Assembly: GCA_964426385.1 (NCBI GenBank)
Contig: CAYRQF010000001.1
Coordinates: 102,190 to 166,189 of the forward strand
DNA: 64,000 nucleotides
Direction: 5' to 3'
From: an uncultured Candidatus Saccharibacteria bacterium
GTDB lineage: Bacteria; Patescibacteriota; Minisyncoccia; Phycocordibacterales; CSBR16-119
Below the pieces are notes generated by a model, which worked only from the letters and a program-made list of their open reading frames with translations, was not told the DNA's origin and ran no database searches. Positions 19,170-29,629 of the stretch are shown here, piece by piece. Position numbers and translations under genes: made by a program. The first letter of the stretch is position 1; every line of letters begins with the position of its first letter.

Positions 19170-22100
19170 ATGCCTACAAAAGATAAAATTCAAACAAAGC
19201 ATATTCTAAGCATTCTTGGCGCGCTTTTAATTTGTATTGTTTTCCTTGAGTCAACCAATATCTTACAAGCTGCAGCACCTACAGTGAGGACCATGCCTGC
19301 AGTCAACATAACGAAAACCAGCGCAACTCTTGCTGGTGTTGTTAGTGATGATGGTGGTCAGCTTATTACAGCGAGTGGTTTTGAATTTGGCCTTACATCT
19401 AGCTATGGTCAGAGTGTGGGCGGAGATCCGACATATAGACAGACAGATGAATTCGGTGGCACAGGTAGCGCCAATGGGCAATTAGACGAACCGATGGGTA
19501 TAGATCTCGACTCGAATGGTGATATTTTTGTTGCGGATAGAATAAACAATAGAATTCAGAAGTTTAATGGTACGACTCACGCATGGATGCAAAATATTGG
19601 TACACCCGGTACCGATCCAGAACAGCTAGAAGATCCTCTGAGTATTGTTCTTCTGTCTGACGACAGCATGTGGGTCGTAGATAGGGCGAATGGATCACAA
19701 AATAGTGGTTCGCTTATCAAGTACGATGCATCAGGAACATTCGTGGAGTGCATCACACTCAATCAGTGTGCCACAAATTTTGACTTCGGTAACACACTCT
19801 TTGCCAGTAATTTTAATGGAGGAATAGAGACAGATTCATCGGATAATCTGTACTACACAAAGGGTAATGAAGTTTATGCAATTGCAAATGGGACAAATGC
19901 TACTATTTTTGTAAAAGGGGCGGCAGCTAGTTCGGCAGATGGAGAATTCGATAGCCCGGCAGGGTTGTTCGTAGACTCCGTAGGTAATATTTTAGTTGCG
20001 GATAAAAACAATGGTCGTATTCAGAAATTAGAGTCTGACGGTGATTATCTATCTAAGTTTGGGACTGTCGGGTCTGGTGACGGAGAGTTTCAAACTCCGG
20101 CGGCTATAACATCAGATAGTACCGGAGATTTGTTTGTAGTTGATGCTGGTAATGGCCGTATTCAGAAATTTGATTCAAATGGGAATTTCATACTTGATTT
20201 TGGGTCAGTTGGTCAAGGGGACGATCAGTTTGCGGGTCCTGTGGAAATTGTCGCAGATGCAGCAGATGACTTATATATTAGCGATAGTCAGAACGATCGT
20301 ATCGTGAAGTATGAGCAGGGTTTTACTTCGGACTTGTCAGTGGTCTTGCCATCTCTTACGTGTGGAACCACTTATCACTATCGAGCTTATGCCACAAACT
20401 CTGATGGAACATCTTATGGTTTAGACGAAACTTTCTCGACACTGGATTGCGATGTGCCTCTGGTTAGAACAGGTGTCTCGTCATCAATTACTGCTTCTTC
20501 AGTGACACTCGCAGGTACACATGAGGATGTAGGAAGCCTATCGATGACCTCTAGAGGTTTCCACTACGGTACAACTGCTTCATACGGCCAGTCTGTAAGT
20601 GAGGACGGTGATCTGTATATAGATAGTTTTGGTTCCGCGGGTGGAGGGGGAGGGAACGGTACATTTTTATCACTATACGGGGTAGGCTCTGACGCTGAAG
20701 GCAATATTTACACCACTGACAGTTTTGAAAATATCATCCAGAAATTTAGTGCTACGGGTACTTTTATATCTCAATATGACGTAAGCTTCCCTGATCCAGG
20801 CGGAGTCACAACCCCTTATGTGCTTCGTGGTGCACCAGATGGAAAGTTGTACGCTGTTGATGCTTTTAATAGCCAAATAATCAAATTCGACGATAATAAT
20901 TTTACTAACCCTACTGTTTTTGCTGCAGGCGCAGGATTATCATTTCCGACAGATATCGCTTTTGATGCCAGTAGTAATATTTACGCTGTAGATTCTGGAA
21001 ACAGCCGAGTAGTTAAACTAGACCAGACTGGTTCTATTGTTTTGGAAATAGATAATCCTAACGGAGGTCCAGATTTTGCAGCGTTACAAACTATTGCTGT
21101 TAATTCGGGCGGAGATATTTTTGTCTATGACGGTTCAACGCTACAAATACATAAGTTTGATTCGACTGGTGCATACGTTACTTCAACCTCAGGAGTTAAT
21201 GGTTCTGCGGACGGACAATTTGCAGGGAGTGCCTATCTGGCAAGTGACGGGAGTTACATATACGCAGCGGATGGTGCGAGCACCAGGGTTCAAAAATTTG
21301 ATTCAGATCTAGATTTCGTCTCAAAATTTGGATCTACCGGTGCTTCTATAGGTCAGTTCGCTTCTATTACCGGAATTACACTCGGCAACAGCGGCGATAT
21401 TATTGTCGCTGATTCAGGCAATTCAAGGATTCAGATTTTTAACGAAAGATTCTCTTTGCCTTTGGTGGGCCTTACTTGCGGAACGACCTATCACTATGAG
21501 GCATTTGCTACGAGTCCCGATGGTACAGGGGACGGTGACGATGCAACTTTTACAACTAGCGCTTGTCCTCCGTCAACGGGCGGTGGGGGTGGAACCACGG
21601 GGTCTAGATACTACTGTAATGACCCACTGGCTACTAACTATACTGAGAACGTACCGTCGAATCGTGTCGACAACGATCTATGTAAATACCCTGAACCAGA
21701 TGACGATGAGCTCGCATGTACTGGTACACTATTTTTGAGTAAGCCCGTAAGATACGGCTACGCTAACAACCCAGAAGACGTGAAGCTCTTGGAGAGATTT
21801 CTAAATACTTACGAGAATACGACCCTCACAGTCGATGGAGTGTATGCGCACAACGACTATGTTGCTGTTGTTACATGGCAAGAGAAATATGCAAGTGAGA
21901 TATTGAAACCTTGGGGCCTAACCAAAGGAACTGGCTACGTGTTTATCACCAGTCTCAGAAAGATTCAGAAGGTGCATGATACAGGATGCGCAGAAACAGA
22001 AAGACTGAAGAGAGATTTCTGCTACATCTATGATCAGAAACTGAAAAGAGGGGACAATATCCCACTAGTTAAGTTCGCCCAGAAGGCACTGCGTGCAGCG

Positions 22101-22250
22101 GGTACTTTTAGTGGCACTATCGACGGAGTCTATGGACCGGTAACAGAATCGTCCGTCAGAAGCTTCCAGACTCAGAATGGTCTCGCCGGGGATGGAGTCC
22201 TAGGGGCTACTACTGGTCTCAAACTTGAAGAAGTTACTTGCAACATCTAG
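19170..22250 (+). CDS. paralogous NHL-repeat/peptidoglycan-binding surface protein
   Basis: Same architecture as 16023-19085, with long near-identical blocks. Confidence 0.9.
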   Translation: MPTKDKIQTKHILSILGALLICIVFLESTNILQAAAPTVRTMPAVNITKTSATLAGVVSDDGGQLITASGFEFGLTSSYGQSVGGDPTYRQTDEFGGTGSANGQLDEPMGIDLDSNGDIFVADRINNRIQKFNGTTHAWMQNIGTPGTDPEQLEDPLSIVLLSDDSMWVVDRANGSQNSGSLIKYDASGTFVECITLNQCATNFDFGNTLFASNFNGGIETDSSDNLYYTKGNEVYAIANGTNATIFVKGAAASSADGEFDSPAGLFVDSVGNILVADKNNGRIQKLESDGDYLSKFGTVGSGDGEFQTPAAITSDSTGDLFVVDAGNGRIQKFDSNGNFILDFGSVGQGDDQFAGPVEIVADAADDLYISDSQNDRIVKYEQGFTSDLSVVLPSLTCGTTYHYRAYATNSDGTSYGLDETFSTLDCDVPLVRTGVSSSITASSVTLAGTHEDVGSLSMTSRGFHYGTTASYGQSVSEDGDLYIDSFGSAGGGGGNGTFLSLYGVGSDAEGNIYTTDSFENIIQKFSATGTFISQYDVSFPDPGGVTTPYVLRGAPDGKLYAVDAFNSQIIKFDDNNFTNPTVFAAGAGLSFPTDIAFDASSNIYAVDSGNSRVVKLDQTGSIVLEIDNPNGGPDFAALQTIAVNSGGDIFVYDGSTLQIHKFDSTGAYVTSTSGVNGSADGQFAGSAYLASDGSYIYAADGASTRVQKFDSDLDFVSKFGSTGASIGQFASITGITLGNSGDIIVADSGNSRIQIFNERFSLPLVGLTCGTTYHYEAFATSPDGTGDGDDATFTTSACPPSTGGGGGTTGSRYYCNDPLATNYTENVPSNRVDNDLCKYPEPDDDELACTGTLFLSKPVRYGYANNPEDVKLLERFLNTYENTTLTVDGVYAHNDYVAVVTWQEKYASEILKPWGLTKGTGYVFITSLRKIQKVHDTGCAETERLKRDFCYIYDQKLKRGDNIPLVKFAQKALRAAGTFSGTIDGVYGPVTESSVRSFQTQNGLAGDGVLGATTGLKLEEVTCNI

Positions 22251-22730
22251 CTACTCACACTTCGAAGTTGTGCTGATGCAAACCGCCCCATCATCAACGA
22301 TGACGCGGACGTTTTCGTCGGCGTAGTCTAGTTCTATATTCTTGGCGAACTGCAGAGAAATAATAATTATCGCAGCGATGGAGAGGGCGAAAAGTATTCC
22401 CCCAGTGACAATACTATTATGGTCGTATTTATTTAGACCCTTGGCAAGCGACCAGAAACCCTTGGCAACAAGAGCGATCGGCCAATAGGCGATATAGAGG
22501 GAGGCACTGATAAGTGTCGCAATGACAACGGGTGATAGACCGAAGAATAGTTCATACCCAAAAAGTGTCCCACTGACAAGTATAGTTACAAATGACGCTA
22601 GCCAGCCGATACCTATACCGGCCATGGCGATATATAGCACGACAGCAATGATACCCATGAGTATGCGAAATACTCGAAGCCATGGGCTTATTCGGTAAGT
22701 ACCGGGCGTTCCGTAGTTGTTATTTTCCAT
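22251..22730 (-). CDS. membrane protein (MENNNYG...)
   Basis: TAGAAT lies 7 nt before the ATG at 22730; several TM helices. The longer ORF-track start is unlikely. Confidence 0.65.
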   Translation of the reverse strand: MENNNYGTPGTYRISPWLRVFRILMGIIAVVLYIAMAGIGIGWLASFVTILVSGTLFGYELFFGLSPVVIATLISASLYIAYWPIALVAKGFWSLAKGLNKYDHNSIVTGGILFALSIAAIIIISLQFAKNIELDYADENVRVIVDDGAVCISTTSKCE

Positions 22731-22847
22731 ACACGCTATTCTATGCCAGAAAGTGGGGTTTGTATAGAAGTTTGACAAGACATAAGTTCTTGTGCTTTTA
22801 TACGCGCAGAACAGTGAAGTTGAACTTTCCACCAAAAACAGAAGCAA

Positions 22848-23528
22848 ATGAACACCGTAGACTTCGAACTGACTGAGGGTAGTTTCCTCGAATTCGATAA
22901 ATGGATACGTAGTTATGGTTTTGAAATGGTCGTCTATGGAATGACCCACACAGGTGGTGTGAATCTTGAGGCTTCTATGCTTATCGCTCCGAGGAAGGGT
23001 GAGGGCGGGGCCGTTTACTACATCTTTGTGTGCAAAAAGACCGGTTACCTGGTTGTTGTACGCACAATCTGGCTTCTCAAGTCGAAGCGTGTGACACGCG
23101 ATAAGAAAAAAGGGTGGGTACTGATAGTTCCGATCAAGAATCCGGACCATCGTGCTCATTCATCAATCGCTATCACGAGGACCCCACGCTTTTGGGAGAT
23201 TCTCAAGGAGCGGACGATCGTTGCGCGCGAAATCGTGATCCAAGTCCCTAACTGTATCGAGTGTCACGCAAGAACCGAGATAAAAATTGACAATCGAAGC
23301 GGAAAGATCGGCGATCGACATTTCGTTTGTCCACATAATTGGTTTCACCCATCGATACACTGGAATGCTTTGCAGCACTCCAAGCTTGGATGGAAACGGC
23401 TTCTCGAGGATAGAGCGAGCGAGAAACGCAACCGACGAAACCCAAATGTCAAAGAACCGGGCTCTGCTCGTAAAAAGCGAAAGCGCTGGAAGCGATTAAT
23501 GCCAAACGGGGAAATAGTCCTAGTTTGA
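22848..23528 (+). CDS. orphan protein with putative Zn finger and basic tail
   Basis: CIEC...CPH..H; TTGACA at 22772; terminator at 23549-23570. Confidence 0.65.
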   Translation: MNTVDFELTEGSFLEFDKWIRSYGFEMVVYGMTHTGGVNLEASMLIAPRKGEGGAVYYIFVCKKTGYLVVVRTIWLLKSKRVTRDKKKGWVLIVPIKNPDHRAHSSIAITRTPRFWEILKERTIVAREIVIQVPNCIECHARTEIKIDNRSGKIGDRHFVCPHNWFHPSIHWNALQHSKLGWKRLLEDRASEKRNRRNPNVKEPGSARKKRKRWKRLMPNGEIVLV

Positions 23529-23628
23529 CGCAGTACCTCATATGAACTGGCCGGATATCCGGCCTTTTTCATTTATATAAAAAAGATGAACCCCGCCAAC
23601 GGCGCGGGGTTCTGAAGGGGTTGTAGAA

Positions 23629-23826
23629 CTACTTGTCGTCAGCAACGGTGGCGTCTTCTGGGGAGACGTTTTGTTGCATGACTGACACGGATTTGGGCTG
23701 TGCATTTGAGAGCGCAAGTGCACCGGGGTATTGTACTGCAAGTGCGGTCAACAAAAGCAGGATGATGGTGGGGATGTCCGAAGGAATGGCGTTCCTTACA
23801 ATCCAGAGTTTGACGTTCTTCATCAT
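23629..23826 (-). CDS. small orphan membrane/secreted protein
   Basis: TTGACC-17-TATTAT promoter and a hairpin at 23588-23612. Confidence 0.5.
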   Translation of the reverse strand: MMKNVKLWIVRNAIPSDIPTIILLLLTALAVQYPGALALSNAQPKSVSVMQQNVSPEDATVADDK

Positions 23827-23895
23827 GACCTTGGGGGTTTTGTTTAATAATATTCCAAAGTTCTGATGTGGTCAACAAATTGTTATACTGTACTT

Positions 23896-25134
23896 ATGAA
23901 AATTTCCACAAAACAATTCAATAACATCGGTAAATGGTTTATCGTTGTAACAGTTATCGTCTGTCTCGGCAAGGTGTATGTCGATAAAAAGATTGGAGAA
24001 ATAACTGTTCCGCCAAAAGGCGATGTTGGAATGGTGGAAGCAGGGGAAGAAGTTGATTTCTTGGAGTTACCCGCGGGCTTCAAGGCAACATATTATGCCA
24101 AAGGCGTTGATGGCGCTCGCGTTATGGAGTGGGACTCGCAAGGCCGGATGCTCGTTTCTCAAACTGGCGAGGGCAAGATTTCTGTGCTTATAGACGAGAA
24201 CGGTGATGGTACTGTAGAGTCGGTAAAAACTCTCATTGATAACCTCGACAAGCCTCACGGCATGACAATAAAATGCAATCCTGTCGGTAATCCGCCATGT
24301 CACCTCTATGTGGCGCAGCATGGCGAGCTATCTCGCTATGCTTATGACGCCGACAAAATCGAATTATCCCAGTACACCAAGCTCATGGATCTACCGAAGT
24401 CAAAAACAGATCGACATTACACTCGTACCCTGCTCGACCTGAGCACGGAACAGGAAAACAGATTACTTATTTCTGTAGGCTCCTCATGTAATGTTTGTGA
24501 TGAAAAGGATGGAGTTCGTGGAAAGATTATCTCATACGATATCGATACTGGAGAGATCTCTGACTACGCCCGAGGTCTTAGAAATGCGGCCTTTATGACA
24601 CGTAACCCACTCGATGGGCGAATATTTATGACAGAAATGGGTCGTGATGGACTAGGAGACGATACTCCGCCAGACGAGATCAACGTTATAGATCCGGATA
24701 AAGTGACTAGTGTTCCAAATTTCGGCTGGCCGATTTGCTATGGTCAAAATATTCATGATGGTGACTTCGATAAAAAACAATACATACGAGATCCTTGTGA
24801 AGATCCAACGCCCGCATATGTCGACTTACAAGCACACTCGGCACCACTCGGGTTATCATTTTTCGGCGAGGAGTCTTGGCCACAGGAGTACTGGTTTGAT
24901 CTACTCGTCGCATATCATGGATCATGGAATAGGGAAGTTCCGACTGGATACAAGATAGTGCGAGTAAAAACTGACAAGAATGGCGAGTCAGCCGGAGTCG
25001 AGGACTTCATCACGGGCTGGCTGTCACCAGAGGGAGACAAGCTCGGGCGACCCGCAGATGTTAGGGTTATGCCGGGAACAATTTATATATCGGACGACAT
25101 GAAGGGTGTCATATACAAGATATCTAGAATATAG
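23896..25134 (+). CDS. PQQ-dependent sugar/sorbosone dehydrogenase family
   Basis: ISVGSSCNVC, ARGLRN, PPDEIN, AHSAPLG and HGSWNR motifs. Confidence 0.88.
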   Translation: MKISTKQFNNIGKWFIVVTVIVCLGKVYVDKKIGEITVPPKGDVGMVEAGEEVDFLELPAGFKATYYAKGVDGARVMEWDSQGRMLVSQTGEGKISVLIDENGDGTVESVKTLIDNLDKPHGMTIKCNPVGNPPCHLYVAQHGELSRYAYDADKIELSQYTKLMDLPKSKTDRHYTRTLLDLSTEQENRLLISVGSSCNVCDEKDGVRGKIISYDIDTGEISDYARGLRNAAFMTRNPLDGRIFMTEMGRDGLGDDTPPDEINVIDPDKVTSVPNFGWPICYGQNIHDGDFDKKQYIRDPCEDPTPAYVDLQAHSAPLGLSFFGEESWPQEYWFDLLVAYHGSWNREVPTGYKIVRVKTDKNGESAGVEDFITGWLSPEGDKLGRPADVRVMPGTIYISDDMKGVIYKISRI

Positions 25135-25177
25135 TTATTTCATTGGAGAAAAAGGGCTTTTGTACTAAAATAATCAA

Positions 25178-26596
25178 ATGCAAAACAGAACATATATACG
25201 TGATTTAAAAGATCACATCGGGACATCTATAATTATTAAAGGATGGATACAGGTGCGCCGTGACCAGGGAAAAATGACATTTTTCGATTTTCGTGATGCG
25301 ACTGGAGTCGTCCAGGGCGTTGTGCTACCTGGGAGCGCTGCTGGCGATGTTGCCAAAGAAACTCGTCCAGAATGGGTCGTGGCCGTGACTGGTAAGGTTA
25401 ACGCACGTCCTGAAAAGATGGTTAAGGTCGGCGTCCAAAACGGCGATATTGAGATCGAAGTCCTCGATATCGAAGTTCTGAATAAAGCTGAGACTCCTGC
25501 GTTTGATATATTATCTGACACCCGCGAAGTGAACGAAGAGTCTCGTCTCACACATCGTTATCTTGACCTACGCTCCGAGAGACTTCAGAAGAATCTCCGC
25601 GCCAGGCACAAAGTTCAGAATTTTGTCCGCAATCTTCTAGACGCAGAGAACTTTGTCGAAGTTGAGACTCCGATATTTACGAAGTCTACCCCAGAGGGTG
25701 CGCGCGACTATGTCGTACCATCACGAGTTTACCCTGGTAAATTCTACGCACTCCCACAGTCTCCTCAGCAATACAAACAGCTCCTCATGGCCGGCGGCAT
25801 CGAACGCTACTATCAGTTTGCCCGTTGTATGCGGGACGAAGACCTTCGAGGTGACAGACAGCCAGAGTTCACACAGCTCGATATGGAAATGTCGTTCGCC
25901 ACAGAGTCTGACATCATGTCTGTCACAGAGAATCTCCTGATCAAGCTCGTAACCGAACTATATCCGGACAAGAAAATCCAGACCATCCCATTCCCACACA
26001 TCCCATACAAGGAAGCTATGGAGAAATACGGAAGTGACAGACCTGATATACGCGAGAACAAAGAAGACCCGAACACCCTAGCATTCTGCTGGGTAGTAGA
26101 CTTCCCATTCTTCGAGAAAACTGCCAAATCTGACAACCCTCAGGCAGAAGGCGAGTGGACTTTTACCCACAACCCTTTTTCACTTTCGAAACCAGAGCAT
26201 GTCGAGAATCTCCGCGACAGGAAAAACATCGGCGATATCATCGCGGCACAGTACGACATAGTTCTGAACGGCTACGAGATCGGTGGTGGATCAGTTCGAG
26301 CGCATGATCCAGAGATTCTCAAGAATATTCTCGGCATACTCGGACACTCGCCAGAGAAAATCGAAAGTAACTTTAGCCATATGTTGAAGGCTCTCGGTTC
26401 TGGTACGCCACCTCACGGAGGTATCGCCTGGGGATTTGACCGATTGATGATGCTCCTACAGAACGAGCCGAACATCCGTGAAGTTATCGCCTTCCCAAAG
26501 ACTCGCGAGGGTCGTGACCCGATGATGGATTCGCCATCGACGATATCTGACGCTCAGCTCGCAGAGCTCTCGATCAAAGTCGTGAAGAAAGATTAA
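25178..26596 (+). CDS. aspS: aspartate--tRNA ligase (short form lacking GAD insert)
   Basis: OB fold, LPQSPQQYKQ, RDEDLRGDRQPEFTQLD and PPHGGIAWGFDR motifs. Confidence 0.95.
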   Translation: MQNRTYIRDLKDHIGTSIIIKGWIQVRRDQGKMTFFDFRDATGVVQGVVLPGSAAGDVAKETRPEWVVAVTGKVNARPEKMVKVGVQNGDIEIEVLDIEVLNKAETPAFDILSDTREVNEESRLTHRYLDLRSERLQKNLRARHKVQNFVRNLLDAENFVEVETPIFTKSTPEGARDYVVPSRVYPGKFYALPQSPQQYKQLLMAGGIERYYQFARCMRDEDLRGDRQPEFTQLDMEMSFATESDIMSVTENLLIKLVTELYPDKKIQTIPFPHIPYKEAMEKYGSDRPDIRENKEDPNTLAFCWVVDFPFFEKTAKSDNPQAEGEWTFTHNPFSLSKPEHVENLRDRKNIGDIIAAQYDIVLNGYEIGGGSVRAHDPEILKNILGILGHSPEKIESNFSHMLKALGSGTPPHGGIAWGFDRLMMLLQNEPNIREVIAFPKTREGRDPMMDSPSTISDAQLAELSIKVVKKD

Positions 26597-26597
26597 A

Positions 26598-27824
26598 ATG
26601 CTACAAAAGACTTATACTCCGTCAAAACAAATACTCGAAAAATATGCCGATGTTCTGGTGAATTTCGCATTGGGTAGTGGGGAGGGAATAAAGCCCGGAG
26701 AAACAGTTCGTATTGTCATCGAGGAGTCTGCCAAACCGCTCTTGATCGAGCTTCAGAAGGCAATCTTAAAGTCTCGAGGTAACTTCATCCTGACCTACCT
26801 ACCTGATGACACCGACGAATATAATTTCTCAAAGACTTTTTACGAATTGGCCGATGAGGCACAGCTAGCATATTTTCCGAAGACTCAACTCACCGGCATG
26901 ATCAAAGACATCGATCATCAGATCGGTATCATCAGCGAAGCGGTCAAGAACCCTCTCAAAGGCGTAGACCCGAAAAAGATGATGAAACGTGGCGAGGTAG
27001 GCAAATTCCTGATGGATATGCGTAACCACAAAGAAAACCGCGGTGAATTCACCTGGACGCTCGCACTATATGGAACACCCGCCATGGCCAAAGAAGCCGG
27101 CATGTCGGAGAAGGAATACTGGAATGAGATAATCAAAGCCTGCTATCTAAATGAGCCGAGCCCTATCAAGAAGTGGAAAGATACCTACAAGAAAATCGCT
27201 CAGTATCAGAAGAAACTTAACGATCTCAATATTGATAAACTTCATATCGAGGGCGTTGATGCGAATCTCTGGATCAAACTATCGCCAATGAGTAAATGGA
27301 TCGGTGGATCTGGTAGGAATATACCGTCGTTTGAGATATTTACGAGTCCCGACTGGCGAGGAACGAACGGCTGGATCAGGTTCAATCAGCCACTTTATCG
27401 ATACGGAAATCTCATCACTGGTATCGAGCTATGGTTCGAGAACGGTCGCGTCGTAAAGTCCAAGGCGAAGAAGAATGAAAACGTTTTGAAAGAGATGATC
27501 GCCACACGTAATGCTGACAAAATCGGCGAGTATTCACTGACTGACCGCAGATTCTCTGAGATAACCAAATTCATGGCCGAGACTCTATATGATGAGAATA
27601 TCGGCGGACGATTCGGTAACACCCATCTCGCACTCGGTAATAGTTACCATGATTGCTACAAAGGTGACCCAGCCAAGGTCTCAAAGAAGACCTGGGAGAA
27701 ACTCGGGTACAACGACTCATCTGTTCATACAGATATCATCTCCACGACTGACCGTACGGTGACAGCATATTTACCGAACGGCAAAACTAAAGTTATTTAT
27801 AAAGACGGACAATTTACTTTATAG
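26598..27824 (+). CDS. aminopeptidase, M29 family (AmpS/PepS-like)
   Basis: NIPSFEIFT, LYDENIGG, HLALG and SSVHTD motifs. Confidence 0.9.
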   Translation: MLQKTYTPSKQILEKYADVLVNFALGSGEGIKPGETVRIVIEESAKPLLIELQKAILKSRGNFILTYLPDDTDEYNFSKTFYELADEAQLAYFPKTQLTGMIKDIDHQIGIISEAVKNPLKGVDPKKMMKRGEVGKFLMDMRNHKENRGEFTWTLALYGTPAMAKEAGMSEKEYWNEIIKACYLNEPSPIKKWKDTYKKIAQYQKKLNDLNIDKLHIEGVDANLWIKLSPMSKWIGGSGRNIPSFEIFTSPDWRGTNGWIRFNQPLYRYGNLITGIELWFENGRVVKSKAKKNENVLKEMIATRNADKIGEYSLTDRRFSEITKFMAETLYDENIGGRFGNTHLALGNSYHDCYKGDPAKVSKKTWEKLGYNDSSVHTDIISTTDRTVTAYLPNGKTKVIYKDGQFTL

Positions 27825-27885
27825 TCTAAAAATGCAGAAGCCCCGCGATGAGCGGGGCTTTGCGATAAAGGTGATGAACAGGGCT

Positions 27886-28107
27886 TCAGCCGGTGATCGA
27901 TTCGTTATGACCTTGGATGACACCGAGTCTGTGGACACCCAGTCCTGTCATAAGAGAGAACATGGCACCAAAAAAGATGCAGAAGTAGGCGTCCACGGTG
28001 TTACGGCTCGTCGCTACTCCAATGAAGCATGCGCCGGCGCAGAGTACAAAGAAGATCGTAATGATCAACGCACCCTTACTACTTTCGCGTTTTCTGTTGT
28101 GTTTCAT
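27886..28107 (-). CDS. small orphan membrane protein
   Basis: TTGACA-17-TACAAT promoter (28156 downward), two TM helices, shared terminator at 27837-27861. Confidence 0.55.
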   Translation of the reverse strand: MKHNRKRESSKGALIITIFFVLCAGACFIGVATSRNTVDAYFCIFFGAMFSLMTGLGVHRLGVIQGHNESITG

Positions 28108-28212
28108 GATCGTTGAAGTTTGATTGTATTGTACCATAGTATAATGATATTGTCAATCAATAATTTTGATATTTAACAGGTTAGAAAATTATTTGCATGC
28201 TAAAATGTTCCC

Positions 28213-28971
28213 GTGGAAGACACTCTCTATAAAGTAAAAACTGTAAGTTTCGAAGGACCTCTTGAGGTCCTATTGGGTCTCATCGAGAAGCGAAAACTTT
28301 TCATAAACGAAATATCGCTGGCGGCTATTACAGACGATTACATAACCTATGTTCGAGGCCTGAAGACCAGCGATATTAGCGACTACACGTCGTTCATATC
28401 TGTTGCCGCAACACTCATTCTCATCAAGTCACGTTCTCTCATACCGAACCTCGAGCTCACGACAGAGGAAGAGTCCGATGTGGCATCACTTGAGCATCGT
28501 CTGGAACTATACAAGCTGATCAAAGAAATAGGTGTCGATATAGCCGAGCAATTCGGGAAGAATATTATTTTCCCAAGGCTCGAGCGCGACATCGAGATGC
28601 GAGTGTTCGCCCCACATGAGAGTATTTCTCAAACGTCTCTTCTCGGAGCTATCAATGACGTAGTCCGGGCGATACCTGAACCAGCTGTAGTCAAGCCAGA
28701 GGTTGTCGTCATGAAGATAAGGAGTCTCGAGGATACGATCAATGATCTCGTAGAACGTGTACACAAGTCTCTCAAGATGAGCTTCCGAGAGTTTTCTGCG
28801 AGCGGTGACTACAAAACTCACAAAGAAAAGAAGGTTGGTACGATAGTCTCGTTCCTCGCCATGCTAGAATTAGTCCGTCAGGGATTTATGGAGGCATTTC
28901 AGGGTGAGGATTTTTCTGACATAAATATCGAGAAGCTAGAAAATAAACAAGAACCAAATGGATCCCGTTAG
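28213..28971 (+). CDS. scpA: segregation and condensation protein A
   Basis: FEGPLEVLLGLI, AATLILIKSRSL and FLAMLELVRQG motifs. Confidence 0.93.
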   Translation: MEDTLYKVKTVSFEGPLEVLLGLIEKRKLFINEISLAAITDDYITYVRGLKTSDISDYTSFISVAATLILIKSRSLIPNLELTTEEESDVASLEHRLELYKLIKEIGVDIAEQFGKNIIFPRLERDIEMRVFAPHESISQTSLLGAINDVVRAIPEPAVVKPEVVVMKIRSLEDTINDLVERVHKSLKMSFREFSASGDYKTHKEKKVGTIVSFLAMLELVRQGFMEAFQGEDFSDINIEKLENKQEPNGSR

Positions 28972-29083
28972 AAGCCGCGGTCGCAGATCCCAAGAAAAAC
29001 CATGATAAAATCAAAAAGCATTTTTATAAATATTAGCCAAACAGTTTGCGGGACGACCGCGACCTGCTTCTAACGGGATGGAT
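28958..29083. repeat. 120-bp start-codon hairpin element, copy 1
   Basis: 14-bp stem, ACCT bulge and 8-bp stem; ATGGATC duplicated at both ends. Confidence 0.9.
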
Positions 29084-29629
29084 CTATCGAATAAAATCGA
29101 AGCATTACTTTTCTGGAAAGGCGAGCCAATGACCCTATGGGATATCGGGGTGGCACTACGCGCAGAACCAGACGATGTAAAGTCTGCATTTCCGAAGCTA
29201 CGTGAAAGTCTCACGGGTAGAGGCATAACAGTAATAGAACATGACGGCAAAGTAATGCTCGGTACTGCGCCAGAGATGTCAGAATTCTTCGAGACCCTCA
29301 GAAAGGAAGAGCTCCAGAAAGAGCTGTCGAAAGCCGCCCTCGAGACACTATCCGTTATCCTCTACAAGCAGGGTGTCACCCGAAGCGATATCAACTTCAT
29401 CCGAGGAGTGAACTCGAGCTACATCCTCCGAAACCTCGAGGTCCGAGGCCTCGTCGAGCGTGTGAGTCACAATAGTGACGGTCGCACGTATGTGTATAAA
29501 CCATCCCTTGAACTCTTGGCGCATCTTGGGGTATCATCTGTAGCGGACTTACCAGACTTCGAGCGTGTCCGAAATAGCCTAGAAAACAAGATATCTAACC
29601 AGGAGAAAGACCCGAATGAATCCCGATAG
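29078..29629 (+). CDS. scpB: segregation and condensation protein B
   Basis: IEALLF, LSKAALETL and IRGVNS motifs. Confidence 0.95.
   Translation: MDLSNKIEALLFWKGEPMTLWDIGVALRAEPDDVKSAFPKLRESLTGRGITVIEHDGKVMLGTAPEMSEFFETLRKEELQKELSKAALETLSVILYKQGVTRSDINFIRGVNSSYILRNLEVRGLVERVSHNSDGRTYVYKPSLELLAHLGVSSVADLPDFERVRNSLENKISNQEKDPNESR

Noticed and set aside
16023-22250. Diversity-generating retroelement TR/VR pair
   Set aside because: The similarity reflects whole-gene paralogy, differences are not restricted to adenines, and no reverse transcriptase is in the window.
22731-23159. N-terminal extension of the 22251-23159 ORF
   Set aside because: It overlaps the divergent 22848 gene and its promoter; a -10 element supports the start at 22730.
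28958-29083. Integron attC site (GTTAGAA/TTCTAAC resemble core sites)
   Set aside because: The order is the reverse of attC (RYYYAAC...GTTRRRY), copy 2 has GAT instead of GTT, and no integrase is visible.
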